A stretch of 64,000 nt of DNA. It comes from Chiloscyllium plagiosum. Its lineage: Eukaryota. Below, piece by piece: positions 24,942 to 36,426 of this stretch; positions within the stretch are counted from its first letter, which is position 1; every line of letters begins with the position of its first letter. The notes beneath the pieces were generated by a model. It was not told the origin of the DNA, made no database searches, and saw only the letters and a program-made list of their open reading frames with translations. Location of the stretch: positions 107,482,709 through 107,546,708 of the forward strand of contig NC_057717.1 in NCBI RefSeq assembly GCF_004010195.1. The letters run 5' to 3'. The position numbers and the translations under genes are program-made.

Positions 24942-27560
24942 CTCTGCACCCTCTCCACAGCTTCCACATCTTTCCTAAAGTGAGGCGACGAGAACTGCAC
25001 ACAGTACTCCAAATGTGGCTTAACCAAAGTCCTGTACAGTTGCAACATCACTTCACGATTCTTGAATTCAATCCCTCTGCTAATGAACGCTAATACACCA
25101 TAGGCCTTCTTACAAGCTCTATCCACCTGAGTGGCAACTTTCAAAGATCTATGAACATAGACCCCAAGATCCCTCTGCTCCTCCACCTCACTAAGAAACC
25201 TACCGTAAACCCTGTATTCCGCATTCGCATTTGTCCTTCCAAAGTGGACAACGTCTCACTTGACAGGTTTGAACTCCATCTGCCACTCCTCAGCCCAGCT
25301 CTGCATCATATCTAAGTCCCTTTGCAGCCAACAACAGCCCTCCTCACTATCCACAACTCCACCAATCTTCGTATCATCTGCAAATTTACTGACCCACCCT
25401 TTGACTCCCTCTTCCAAGTCATTAATAAAAATTACAAACAGCAGAGGACCCAGAACTGATCCCTGCAGAACTCCACTTGTAACTGGGCTCTAGGCTCGAG
25501 ACTGTTGTGCTGGAAAAGCACAGCAGGTCAGGCAGCATTGGAGAAGAAGGAGAGACGACGTTTCAGGCATACGCCCTTCATCAGGATTCCTGATGGAGGG
25601 CTTATGCCCAAAATGTTGACTCTCCTGCTCCTTGGTTAATGCCTGCTCGGCTGTGCTTTTCCAGCACCACACTCTCGACTCTGTTCTTCCACACTGCCAA
25701 GAATCCTTGCCATTCAAATTCGACCTTCCAGAATGATTCACTTTGCATTTATCCAGGTTGAACTCCAACTGCCACTTCTCAGCCCAGCTCGCCCTCTTAT
25801 TGTAGCCTGCAACAGCCCTCAACACTATCTCCAACATGTGTCATCGGCAAACTTTCTAACCCACCCTTCCACTTCTTCATCCAAGTCATTTATAAAAACT
25901 ACAAAGAGCAGAGGCCCAAGAACAGATCTGTGATATCACTGGTCACGGACCTCCAGGCGGAATACTTTCCACTTGCTGTCTTCTTTCGGCCAGTCAATTC
26001 TGTATCCGGACAGCCAAATTTCCCTGTATCCCATAGCTCCTAACTTTCTGAATGAGCCTACTGTGGGGAACCTTAGTTTGCAGATAACACGAAGGTTGGT
26101 GGAGTAGCAGAAAGCATAAGGGACTGTCAGAGAATACAGGAGGATATAGGTAGACTGGAGAGTTGGGCGGACAAGTGGCAGATGGTTTTCAATCCAGACA
26201 AATGTGAGGTGATGCATTTAGGCAAGACTAAGTCTAGAGCAAATTGTACAATGAATGGAAGAGCCTTCAGAAAAGTTGATGGGCAGAGAGATCTGGGAGT
26301 GCAGGTTCATTGTACCCTGAAGGTTGCTGCACAGGTGGTTAGAGTGGTCAAGAAAGCATATAGTATGCTTGCCTTCATTGGACGGGGTATTGAGTATAAG
26401 TGCTGGCAAGTCATGTTAAAATTGTACAAGACATTGGTTCGACCGCATTTAGACTACTGTATACAGTTCTGGTCGCCATATTACTAAAAGGATGTGGACG
26501 TTTTGGAGAGGGTGCAGAGAAGGTTTACAAGGATGTTGCCTGGTATGGAAGGTGCTAACTATGAAGAGTGTTTGAGTAGGTTAGGTTTGTTTTCATTAGA
26601 AAAAAGGAGATTGAGGGGGGCCTGATTGAGATTTACAGTCATGAAGGATATAGACAGGGTGGATAGCAATAAGCTTTTTCCCAGGGTGAGTGATTCAATA
26701 ACGAGAGGTGAAAAGTTTAAGGAGGATACACGCGGCAAGTACTTCACACAGAGGGTGGTGGGCATCTGGAACGCGTTGCCAGCAGAGGTGGTAGAGGCAG
26801 GCACGGTAGATTCATTTAAGATGTGTCTGGACAGATGCATGAGTAGGTGGGGAGCAGAGAGATACAGATGCCTAGGAATTGACCCACAGGATTAGACAGT
26901 ACATTTGGATCGACTCAGGCTTGGAGGGCCGAAGGGCCTGTTCCTGGGCTGTAAATTTTCTTTGTTCTTTGTTTAAATGCCTTACTGAAATCCATATGCA
27001 CCACATCCACTGTTCTACCTTCATCAATGTGTTTTGTCACATCCTCCGAGAACTCAATAAGTCTTGAGAGGAATGACCTGTCTCTCACAAAGCCATGCTG
27101 ACTATCTTTAATAAAACTATGTTTTTCCAAATACTCATAAATCCTATCTCTCAGAATCCTTTACAGTAGCTTGCTCACCACAGACATAGGCCTGACTGGT
27201 TTGTAATTCCCAGGGAGATCCCTAGTCCCTTTCTTGCACAGAGGAACAACATTCACCTCCTTCCAATCATCTGGTACTATTCCCGTGGAGAGGCACAGCA
27301 GTCTCATTCCTTGCTTCCCTTAGTAACCTTGGATATATCTGGTCCGGCCCAGGGGAATTATCTATCTTGATGCTTCCCAGAATTTTCAGCACATTCACTT
27401 TCTTAATATCAATCTGTTCATGCCGACTAACCTCATCCATGGTGTTCTCACTATCAACAAGATCCCTCTCTCTAATGAATACTGAAGCAAGAAACTCATT
27501 TAGGGCCTCCCCTACCTCTTCAGATGTCAGGCACAAATTCCCTCCACTATCCCTGATCTA
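24942..27560. mobile_element. Cluster of CR1 fragments in both orientations (- 24942-25494, - 25690-26070, + 26075-26970, - 26975-27560)
   Basis: RDLGVYVHRSLKV...LVKPHLEYCVQF; FNPDKCEVMHLG; FTQRVVGIWNALP; SPGPDQIYPRLLRE. Confidence 0.9.
25495..25683. mobile_element. Palindromic Penelope-derived insert with back-to-back hammerhead-like cores
   Basis: ...gacgtttcaggcatacgcccttcatcag gattc ctgatggagggcttatgcccaaaatgttgac..., with ~90-bp inverted arms. Confidence 0.85.
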
Positions 27561-28046
27561 TATGTAGAGTTACTGGTGACAGCAAATGAGGGAAGATCTT
27601 GCAGGCAATAGTCAAAGTGTTAGAGTGTGACCCTTGATGGGAGGTGGATGAAAGAGCAGAGAGTGAATGAATGTGGGGTATTGGAGAGAAGATGGTGGCA
27701 ATTATGCCAGAAGAATGCAGAATATCTTCTTACAATGTTGTGATTTCCTCCAGATGGCTAAAACTGCATTGAACCAGTTGACAACTTTGCACCAGGCTGG
27801 CAGGGTCTGGTATCAGGGCCTCCATATGGCACCAGGGACGCAGATCCATTACTGGGAATCCCAACAGCGGCAATTTATTCTGAGTATACCAAGTGGTAGA
27901 ATGGGGACAGATGAGAGGGTCATCTTGAAGTGGGGTAGGTTGTTAGTGAGGAGCATTTGGTAAAAAAAAGGTAAGAAACACAGAAAAACTCTCTATAAAA
28001 CTTGACAAAACTGACACTTAGCCAAAAGAAGTGTGAGATTCAGCCC
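27560..28046 (-). mobile_element. Second PIF/Harbinger left-end relic
   Basis: Reverse strand starts gggctgaatctcac...tggcta.g.gtcagttt, as at 17381, and encodes YQTLPAWCKVVNWFNAVLAIWRKSQHCKK (Myb/SANT-like). Confidence 0.6.
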
Positions 28047-29949
28047 ATTGTGATTTCCATTTTCAGCTAGTCTAATTGTTGAATTGTAACTCTCAATGCA
28101 GGATAAATTACCTTGAGACATGCAGGGCTGCATTTTCAAATTGGGGTCAGGAACCCAACAATCTGCTCCAAACTTCAGAGTGCTGGCCAGTCTGCAAGGA
28201 AACAAGCTCAGCACCCAGTTAGAAGTGCAGAGCATGTAGCAGCTAAGCTGTGGGATTTGCAGTCTTGCTGAAGAAAACAGGCCACTCAGTACTATTTGAT
28301 GTGGGTGGAAGGCAGCTTGAAAGAAAATTAAAGTTCAGCATTTGCACTGTCAGAAACAGGTCCCAGAAGGCATACGTAACTTACAAAGACAAATGAAAGT
28401 TGATTGGCCCGTGCAGAACTCAACAGCTGTGCAGTAATATTTATCAGACCTTTGGGTGAAATAAATTGAAAAATTAAATTTTGTATCTGACAGGCTCCTA
28501 ATAAACTCCTTAAGGAGCTTAAGGGAGCATTAGTTGGAGATGAACAGATTCCCCATTGTCTCCCTTCATCAGCTGTTTGAAAATTGCATGCTGTTCCATC
28601 AGCATCAATGTCTCAAGATAATCTTCAGGACTGTAATTCTCACATCCTGCCTGTTCAATGTCCTAATCCTACCACCTTTTAAAATTCCAGCCTGTGATTT
28701 ATGTAGCTCAGTACTACAGAAGATAGTGCATTATTTACTGAGCTGTTGGTGGTTATCATTGTGGAGATGCTGAAGAAAACAACAAGTTAAAGATAATTTA
28801 TTCTGCAGACCTTTGCCACGGAATCAAATTAAGTACTGTCTGTGGCTCTTAAGGTATTTGGTGTTGAATATATTGTGAAGATACCAAGTTCATTCGATCT
28901 TTATTATCTGATCTCAGACATGCCAAGTTGACTAGGCAAGGAAAAGTTAACTTGGTCCTCTTTCCTAATTAAAGAGTGCTGCATCCAAAGCCTCCATCCA
29001 TGCACAGTTGTTCTTTTTTCTGCAGAGCTGTAATTGAGGTACCAATTCTTTTACAGTTCATCACTAAGAGGATAATTACACTCCTCAATGGTTCACTAAA
29101 AGTATTCAAAGAATTCTGTGGTGATGGACGTTCTGGAAAATCCAGCAAAAATGTTTCTACCTGAAGCCTTAAATCAAATTAGACTGCATAAACAGAAAAA
29201 AAGTAAACGAGCTGGAATATGAAAAAGAGCATGAGTTGTTGCAGATGTGGGAGGAAGGATAACATGCAATGGCAACGATGGTGATGTGTGCTTAAGCGAC
29301 AATGAGAAAGTAGGTTAGACAAAGATGGTAATAGTATAAATTAGCGTTAGTAATAAAGAAAAGAAAGGTACATAGCTTCTGAAATGTTAATATGTGAAGA
29401 AGCCATAAAAGCAATGTCCTCCATACACCGAGTGAACAATGTGTTTGCAGATATTTACTGCTTATAGCTGTATGCCTCTTTGCCACTTATGTAGAATAAC
29501 ACCCACTCGGTGATGAGTAAAACATGAAAAAGCTCATTATTGACAGGTAGTGCTGACAAAAATAAATCATGCTGCCATTTGTTACCTTTTGTTTGTGCTA
29601 AACTTAAAGCTGTGAAGTACAGTCGAAGATGAGTCACAAGTTTCTAAACTTTCAAAATTGGGCAATCTTAGGTGTAGATCTAATATTATTTCTAAGCAAC
29701 ACGTGCGTGCATTTATTTGCAAAGTCCTTAACCAATGCTATTGCTGAAGTTCCTATTTTCTAATTGTGAGAAACTTATTTTAGGAGCATTCTTCTGTTCT
29801 TATAAGAAATATGAACAAGAGGAGACCATAAACGCCTCATGCTTATTGTATAATTAATATGTTCATGGTTGATTGGATGCCTCACTTCCTATACCTTGCT
29901 TCATTGAGAGATCAAAATGCTGTCTATCTTGACTCAAATTTACTCAAAA

Positions 29950-30265
29950 TAGAGTCATAGAGAAATAGACCCTTCGGTCCAGCTCGTGCATGTCGACCAG
30001 ATATCCCAACCCAATCTTGTCCCACCTGCCAGCACCTGGCCCATATCCCACCAAACCCTTTCTATTCATATACCCATCCAGATGCCTTTTAAATGTTGCA
30101 ATTGTACTAGTGTCCACCCTTCCTCTGGCAGCTCATTCCATACACGTACCATCCTCTGTGTGAAAAAGTTGCCCCTTAAGTCTCTTTTATATCTTTCCCC
30201 TCTCACCCTAAACCTATGCCCTCTAGTTCTGGTCCCCACCCCAGGGAAAAGACTTTGTTTATTTA
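29950..30265 (-). mobile_element. CR1 3' fragment
   Basis: ORF 30066..30425 RTRGHRFRVRGERYKRDLRGNFFTQRMVRVWNELP. Confidence 0.9.
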
Positions 30266-33088
30266 TACATGAAAGCAAAATATTGCAGGTGCTGTCAATC
30301 CAAAATACCTTGCTTTTGTGTTGAATATATTGAAATCTGACATAGACAGTGTGACCTGCAGAGCTGTAGAGAAAAATATACTTAATAATGGAACATACAA
30401 ATTCCTTTAAAATAGAGAATTCCAAAGATTCACAAACCCTTGAAGAAATTTCTTCTGATCTTAGTCCTAAATAACAGAACCTTTATTTAGAGGTTGTGTT
30501 CCATGTTCTAGATTCCCAGCCAAGGGAAAAAGCCTCTTTGTTTCCACCCTGTCAAGCCCCTTCAGAATGTCACTTGTTTCAGTGAGATCACCTTTTATTT
30601 TTCAAAGCTTAGGAGAATGTAAAATCCATTTAAATCAGTCTCATATCATGGGTGAATCCTTCTATGAATCTTCAATGCACCATCCCTAATGCAAGATTAT
30701 GCTCCCTCAAATGTGGAAACCAAAACTGCACACCACTGCAGGTCTGATCTTTTGTGATTTCTGTTCTTGTGCTATTGTGGTACATCACCTTGGCTTTAAC
30801 AAGACTTGACATCTCTGAACCTGAGATTTTAATGTGAAGAGTGTGCATGTGCATGTGTTTGTATGTGTATATTTGAGGCATATATAAAGATAAGAGTTGA
30901 TGCTCCTACATTATTGACTTTGTGTATTAACCAGTTGTTGCATCATGAGTGAGTAGGTTTTGTTTTGATAAATCAGTAATTGCATATATTAAGAAACCTG
31001 ATTAGTAGATTTTTTTATTTAAAACTAGATGTAGACAAAATATTGAAGGCCACCCTGGTAACTAGAAAAACGTATTTTTATTTTATGTTGTGACCCATGG
31101 GGAGTGAGACTAGAATAACAGTGCGCTTCTGTAGCCTCAGTTGTAACACCTTGCTATCAATCAACACTAAAAAAACAGCAGACCAGATAGATTCCCAATT
31201 ATTTCTGAATAAAGTAGGCTAATTAAACTCATTTTGTCTGGAGTGGCACTACTTGGCACCATTCACCTCAATTGAGCAAACTATGATCAGAACCAGAAAC
31301 TTTGAAACAATCTTGCTAATTTAGGTGGCTCATGCAAGAACCCTGTCACATGATTGAAACTTCTGTATTCCATAAACAAGTTTAAATATAATTCTGATCT
31401 GCCTTCCTTTAGTCTTGGAAGGGCCAGCCCTCTGTTAATCTCACTGCTTGCAAAATGTTATCTACAGAAGACCATAGTTGGCTGAGCCTTCCTCAAAAAC
31501 TGGTTTCTGGAAGAAATCCTACATGTGCCTTTAAAGTGAACCATTCTCACTGCTATACCTCGAACCACTACAAAAAAGGATTATTCAAGATCAGACTATG
31601 GAAAAGGCTCGCCATGAATTTCAAGATTCAGTCCAAAAAAAAAGTGAATTATTGTTCATAGCTTTATGTTTTAAACAATTCCTAATTGTGACCTCTTTCC
31701 TTTCCTTTTTCTCTTCTTTCTTCCTTGTTTGTCTATTTTCATGCATGTGCTTCAAAAGTATTTGACTGCTTGAATGCTGCCTTTCATTTTAACCATAAAG
31801 TGAGTTTGTTGTATGTCATTTAACAAATGTACTTCACAAACAGAGATTTAGGGAAACATGCCATAGCCTACTTTAAAAGAGAGAAGGAAAAGAAAAATTA
31901 CAAACACATCTGCTGTGGACAAAAGAGGAGAAAAATTAACATAATTAGATTCATATCTTCTCCCTTGTCCGTAACAGATGCCAACTGAGCTGCATAAATG
32001 AACTGTATATAAAAAAGGGAAAAATTCATAAATCCACAACTGCTGAAGATTGTGAGAAACTTCTGTTGAAGACATTGCAGAAGGATATGATGTTTACCAG
32101 TCAAAGCTTTTTATGAGCAATTCCTACTATCCGATAACAGGCACAACGTCTGCTGTTGTGAGGCTGATTGTGACTCAAGAAGAAGAACACATGCTGCTTC
32201 TCTTCCAAATATTCTATCATCCAGATGACACTGGTTCTAGTTGCAAACTTGACATGCAGGTTAAATTTACTGCAGAAATAATGTGTTAATAAATGTCACA
32301 AAGAGTTGATGTGGAAGGCCTAATTACTTTATAGATCTATACAATGTACCATAGTACTTCAGTGGCTCTGAAAAACCAACTTGAAAGATTTTACTCACTG
32401 GGTTGGGAACATTGCAATTTTGCATTAACATGGTATTAGAGTGTTAATTGAGTCAGAAGATCCCAATTTGTATGTAATTAAGCGGTCACTGCCTGTACCT
32501 TATCTGACTCTAAAAATTCTTTGGATAAGATAATTGCACACTTGAGCACATTGGAAACAGTGCAAAAAGTAATTATGCGAGATTGCACTTGGACCTTTGA
32601 CTTTGATGGAGATTGATCCAAGGTTGTACTAATCTAAGCAATTATGTTCTTGATGTTATGGTCAGGCTTTGGGTGAGATTCCCCATGTTACTTTGGTTCC
32701 AGATGGATACCACAAATTGTTAAGATTCTGGGTGAAGAGGAAAGAATTAAGGACATAAGAACTAGAAGGAGGAGTAGCCTGTCTGTCCCTTCAAGCCTGC
32801 TCCACCATTCAACAAGATCATGGCTGATCTTTTCGTGGACTCAGATCCACTTAAACATGCTCTCACCATATCTCTTAATTCTTTTATTGTTAAAAAAAAT
32901 CTATCTTAGCTTTAAAAACGTTTACTGAAGTAGCACCAACTTCACTGGGCAAGGAATTCCATAGATTTACAACCCTCTGGGTAAAGAAGTTCCTTCTCAA
33001 TTCAGTCCTAAATCTGCTCCCTCTAATTTTGAGGCTACGTCCTCTTGTCCTAATTTCACCCGCCAGTGGAAATATCCTCTCTACTTCT

Positions 33089-34229
33089 CGGTAAAAACAA
33101 TGACTGCAGATGCTAGAAACCAGATTCTGGATTAGAGTGGTGCTGGAAAAGCACAGCAGTTCAGGCAGCATCCAAGGAGCAGGAAAATCGACGTTTTGGA
33201 CAAAAGCCCTTCATCAGGAATAGAGGCAGAGAGCCTGAAGGGTGGAGAGATAAATGAGAGGAGGGTGGGGATGGGGAGAAAATAGCATAGAGTACAGTAG
33301 GTGAATGGGGGAGGGAGGTGATAGGTCAGGGAGGAGGTAGCAAAGAGTACAATGGGTGAATGGGGGTGGGGATGAAGGTGATAGATCAGAGAGGAGGGTG
33401 GAGTGGATAGGTGGAAAGGAAGATAGGCAGGTAGGACGTTTGGAGGTGGCGGAAATGTCATCGGATGTCGTCAGAACCCCCTTGGTGCTCACCTTCCACC
33501 CTACCAATCTTTGCATAAACCAAATCATCCGACGACATTTCCGCCACCTCCAAACGCTCCCCACCACCAGGGATATATTTCTTTCCCCACCCCTTTCTGC
33601 CTTCCACAAAGACCGTTCCCTCCGTGACTACCTGGTTAGCCTGTTAGAGATTTCAAAATTGAGGGGTTTGGATGAGGTAATTCTGGAAAGAAACTAATCA
33701 AATCCTGGAAAATCTAAGGTCAACATCTCAGAGAAACAAAGGGGACAGGAGACAAGTAATGTTTTATTTCATGAGGCTGAGATGTTTAGGATGTAGAATG
33801 GCCTGATGGAAACCTAATATGCAGGTGTATAGATGCTCCTCCAGAATAACTGTTCAAAGTAAAATGGAAAGCAGCATTTGGAAATTATTAACAAAAGAGT
33901 GACATAAAATGAGCAAAGTGATGGAACTAAATGGAACATTGTTTCAGAGATCTTGACTCTGAATGATATGTCAAATGGGTCTTACGTAAAACATTCTGAC
34001 ATACTCAGTAGCAACTTGAATGAGGAGTCAACTGATTGAAAACCACATTAGTTGCACAAAAGCAATCTGAAGGGTGCCTGAAGGGTGGAGAGATTTATCT
34101 CTCCATTCTTCAGGCAATCTGCCTGTATTCCTGATGAAGGGCTTTTGCCCGAAACGTCGTGCCCAAAACATCAATTTTCCTGCTCTTCAGATGCTGCCTG
34201 AACTGCTGTGCTTTTCCAGCACCACTCTA
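33089..34229. mobile_element. Composite Penelope insertion with inverted termini and captured internal DNA
   Basis: 15-bp TSD atcctctctacttct at 33074-33088 and 34230-34244. PLE ORF fragment RTPLVLTFHPTN...PPLSAFHKDRSLRDYLV (ORF 33356..33697). Hammerhead cores at ~33190-33217 (-) and 34131-34158 (+). Confidence 0.85.
34131..34158 (+). ncRNA. Minimal hammerhead ribozyme core
   Basis: CTGATGA-A-GGGC-TTTT-GCCC-GAAA-C-GTC: conserved core, perfect 4-bp stem II, palindromic ACGT stem III, GUC cleavage triplet. Confidence 0.65.
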
Positions 34230-36294
34230 ATCCTCTCTACTTCTATCTTAGCTATTCCCTTTATAATTTTCTATGTTTCTATAAGATCCCTCCTTATTCT
34301 TCAGAATTCCAATAAATACAACCCCAGTCTACTCAGTCTCTCCTCATTAGCCAACCCCCTCAACTCCGGAAACAACCGAGTGAACCTCCTCTGCAACCCC
34401 TCCAGTGCCAGTACATCCTTTCTCAAGTAAGGAGACCAGAACTGCATAGAGTAGGTGTGGCCTCACCAGCACCCTCTACAGCTGCAATATAACCTCCCTG
34501 CCTTTAACCTCAATCCCTTTAGCAACAAAAGTCAAAATTCCATTTGTCTTCCCAATGACTTGTTGTACCTGCAGACCAACCTTCTGTGGTTCATGCGCGA
34601 TAATACCCAGGTCCCTCTGCATAGCAGCATGCTGCAACATTTTACTAATCAAATAATAATCCTTTATACTATTACCAAAATGGATGGCTTCACATTTATC
34701 AACATTGTATTCCATCTGCCAGACCTTTGGCCACTCACTCAAAGTATCTGTGTTCCTCTGCAAAGTTTCACAGTCCTCTGCACACTTTACTCTGCCATTC
34801 GTCTTCGTGTCATCTGCAAACTTTGACACACTACACATGGTTCCCAACTCCAAATCATCTATATTGTGAATAATTGCAGACCCAATACTGATCCCTGAGG
34901 CACACTACTAGTCACTAATTGCCAGCCAGAATAGCATTCATTTATCCCCACTCTTTGCTTCCTGTTAGGCAACCAATCCTCTATCCATGCTAATACTTCA
35001 CCATAACGCCATGCATCTATATTTTATGCATGAGCCTCTTGTGCGGCACCGTGTCAAAGGCCTTTTGGAAATCTAGGTACACCATATCCACTGGGTCCCT
35101 GTTGTCCAACTTGCTCATAATGTTTTCAAGGAATTCCAAAGGAGTTGTTAAACATGTCCTGCCCTTCATGAATCCATGCTGCGTCTGCCCAACAGGATGA
35201 TTTCTATCGAGATGCCTTGCTATTTCTTCCTTGATAATAGACTCAAGCGTCTTCCCCACTACAGCTAACTGGTCTATAGCTCCCTATCTTTTGTCTACCT
35301 TCCTTTTTAAACAATGGCGTCACACTTGCTGTTTTCCAATCTGCTGGGACTGTTCCAGAGTCCAATGAATTTTGGAAAATTACCACCAGTGCACTTGCTA
35401 TTTCACCTGCCATTTCTTTTAGCACCCTGGGATGCATTCCATCAGGGCCAGGAGACTTGTCTATCCTTAGCTCTATTAGTTTACCCAATACTACCTCTTC
35501 CATAATAATAATTGTTTCCAGGTCCTCACCTACCTTCATCTCTTTGTCAATTACTGGCATGTTATTAGTGTCCTCCACTGTGAAGACCGATACAAAATAC
35601 ATGTTCAAAGCCTCAGCCATTTCATCATATCCAATAACTAAATACCCCTTCTCATCCTTTAAAGGACCAACATTTACTTTAGCCACTCTTTTTCTTTTTA
35701 TGTATTTATGGAAACTTTCGTTATCTATCTTTATATTCTGTGCTAGTTTTTTCTCATGTTCTATCTTACTTTGCTCTACCTCTTTTTGTGGCTTTCTGTT
35801 GACCTTTAAAGTTTTCCCAATCTTCTAGTTTCATGCTATTTTTGGTCACATTGTATGCCTTCTCTTTTAATTTGATAGCCTCCCTTGTTTCCTTAGACAC
35901 CCATGGCAGATTACCCCTTTTCTTACAGTCCTTCCTTTTCATTGGAATCTACTTTTGCTGAGCGCTTTGAAAGTCCTCCACTGCTCGTCAACTGTCCCAC
36001 CATAAAATGTTTGTTTCCAGACTACTTTAGCCAAGTCCTTCCTCATTCTATTGTAGTCTCCCTTATTTAAGCACAGGACCCTGGTATTGGATTTTATCTT
36101 CAAACTCTGCATCTGTATTCTAAATTCAACCATACTGTGATCGTTCCTTCCAAGATGGCCCTTAACTATGTGGTCATTAATTATTCCTGTCTCATTACAC
36201 AGGACCAATCTAGGATAGCTTGCACCCTCAGCGGTTCATTACATACCATTCAAGAAAACTACCATGGATACACTCAACAAACTCCTCCTCAAGG

Positions 36295-36426
36295 TAAAAA
36301 CAAGGACTGCAGATGCTGGAAACCAGAGTCTAGATTAGAGTGGTGCTGGAAAAGCTCAGCAGGTTAGGCAGCATCCAAGGAGCAGGAAAATCGACGTTTC
36401 GGGCAAAAGCCCTTCATTAGGAATAG
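36295..36426 (-). mobile_element. Penelope terminal-repeat insert; hammerhead core mutated to CTAATGA
   Basis: 15-bp TSD aactcctcctcaagg at 36280-36294 and 36427-36441. Confidence 0.85.

Noticed and set aside
23867..25186. ORFs of 299-408 aa in the ORF track
   Set aside because: Artefacts of translating through 835 N; the flanks are a minisatellite and CR1 RT.
31844..31990. Open stretch after acaaacag (DLGKHAIAYFKREKEKKNYKHICCGQKRR...) as an extra exon
   Set aside because: No polypyrimidine tract next to the AG and no phase-1 donor before the stop.
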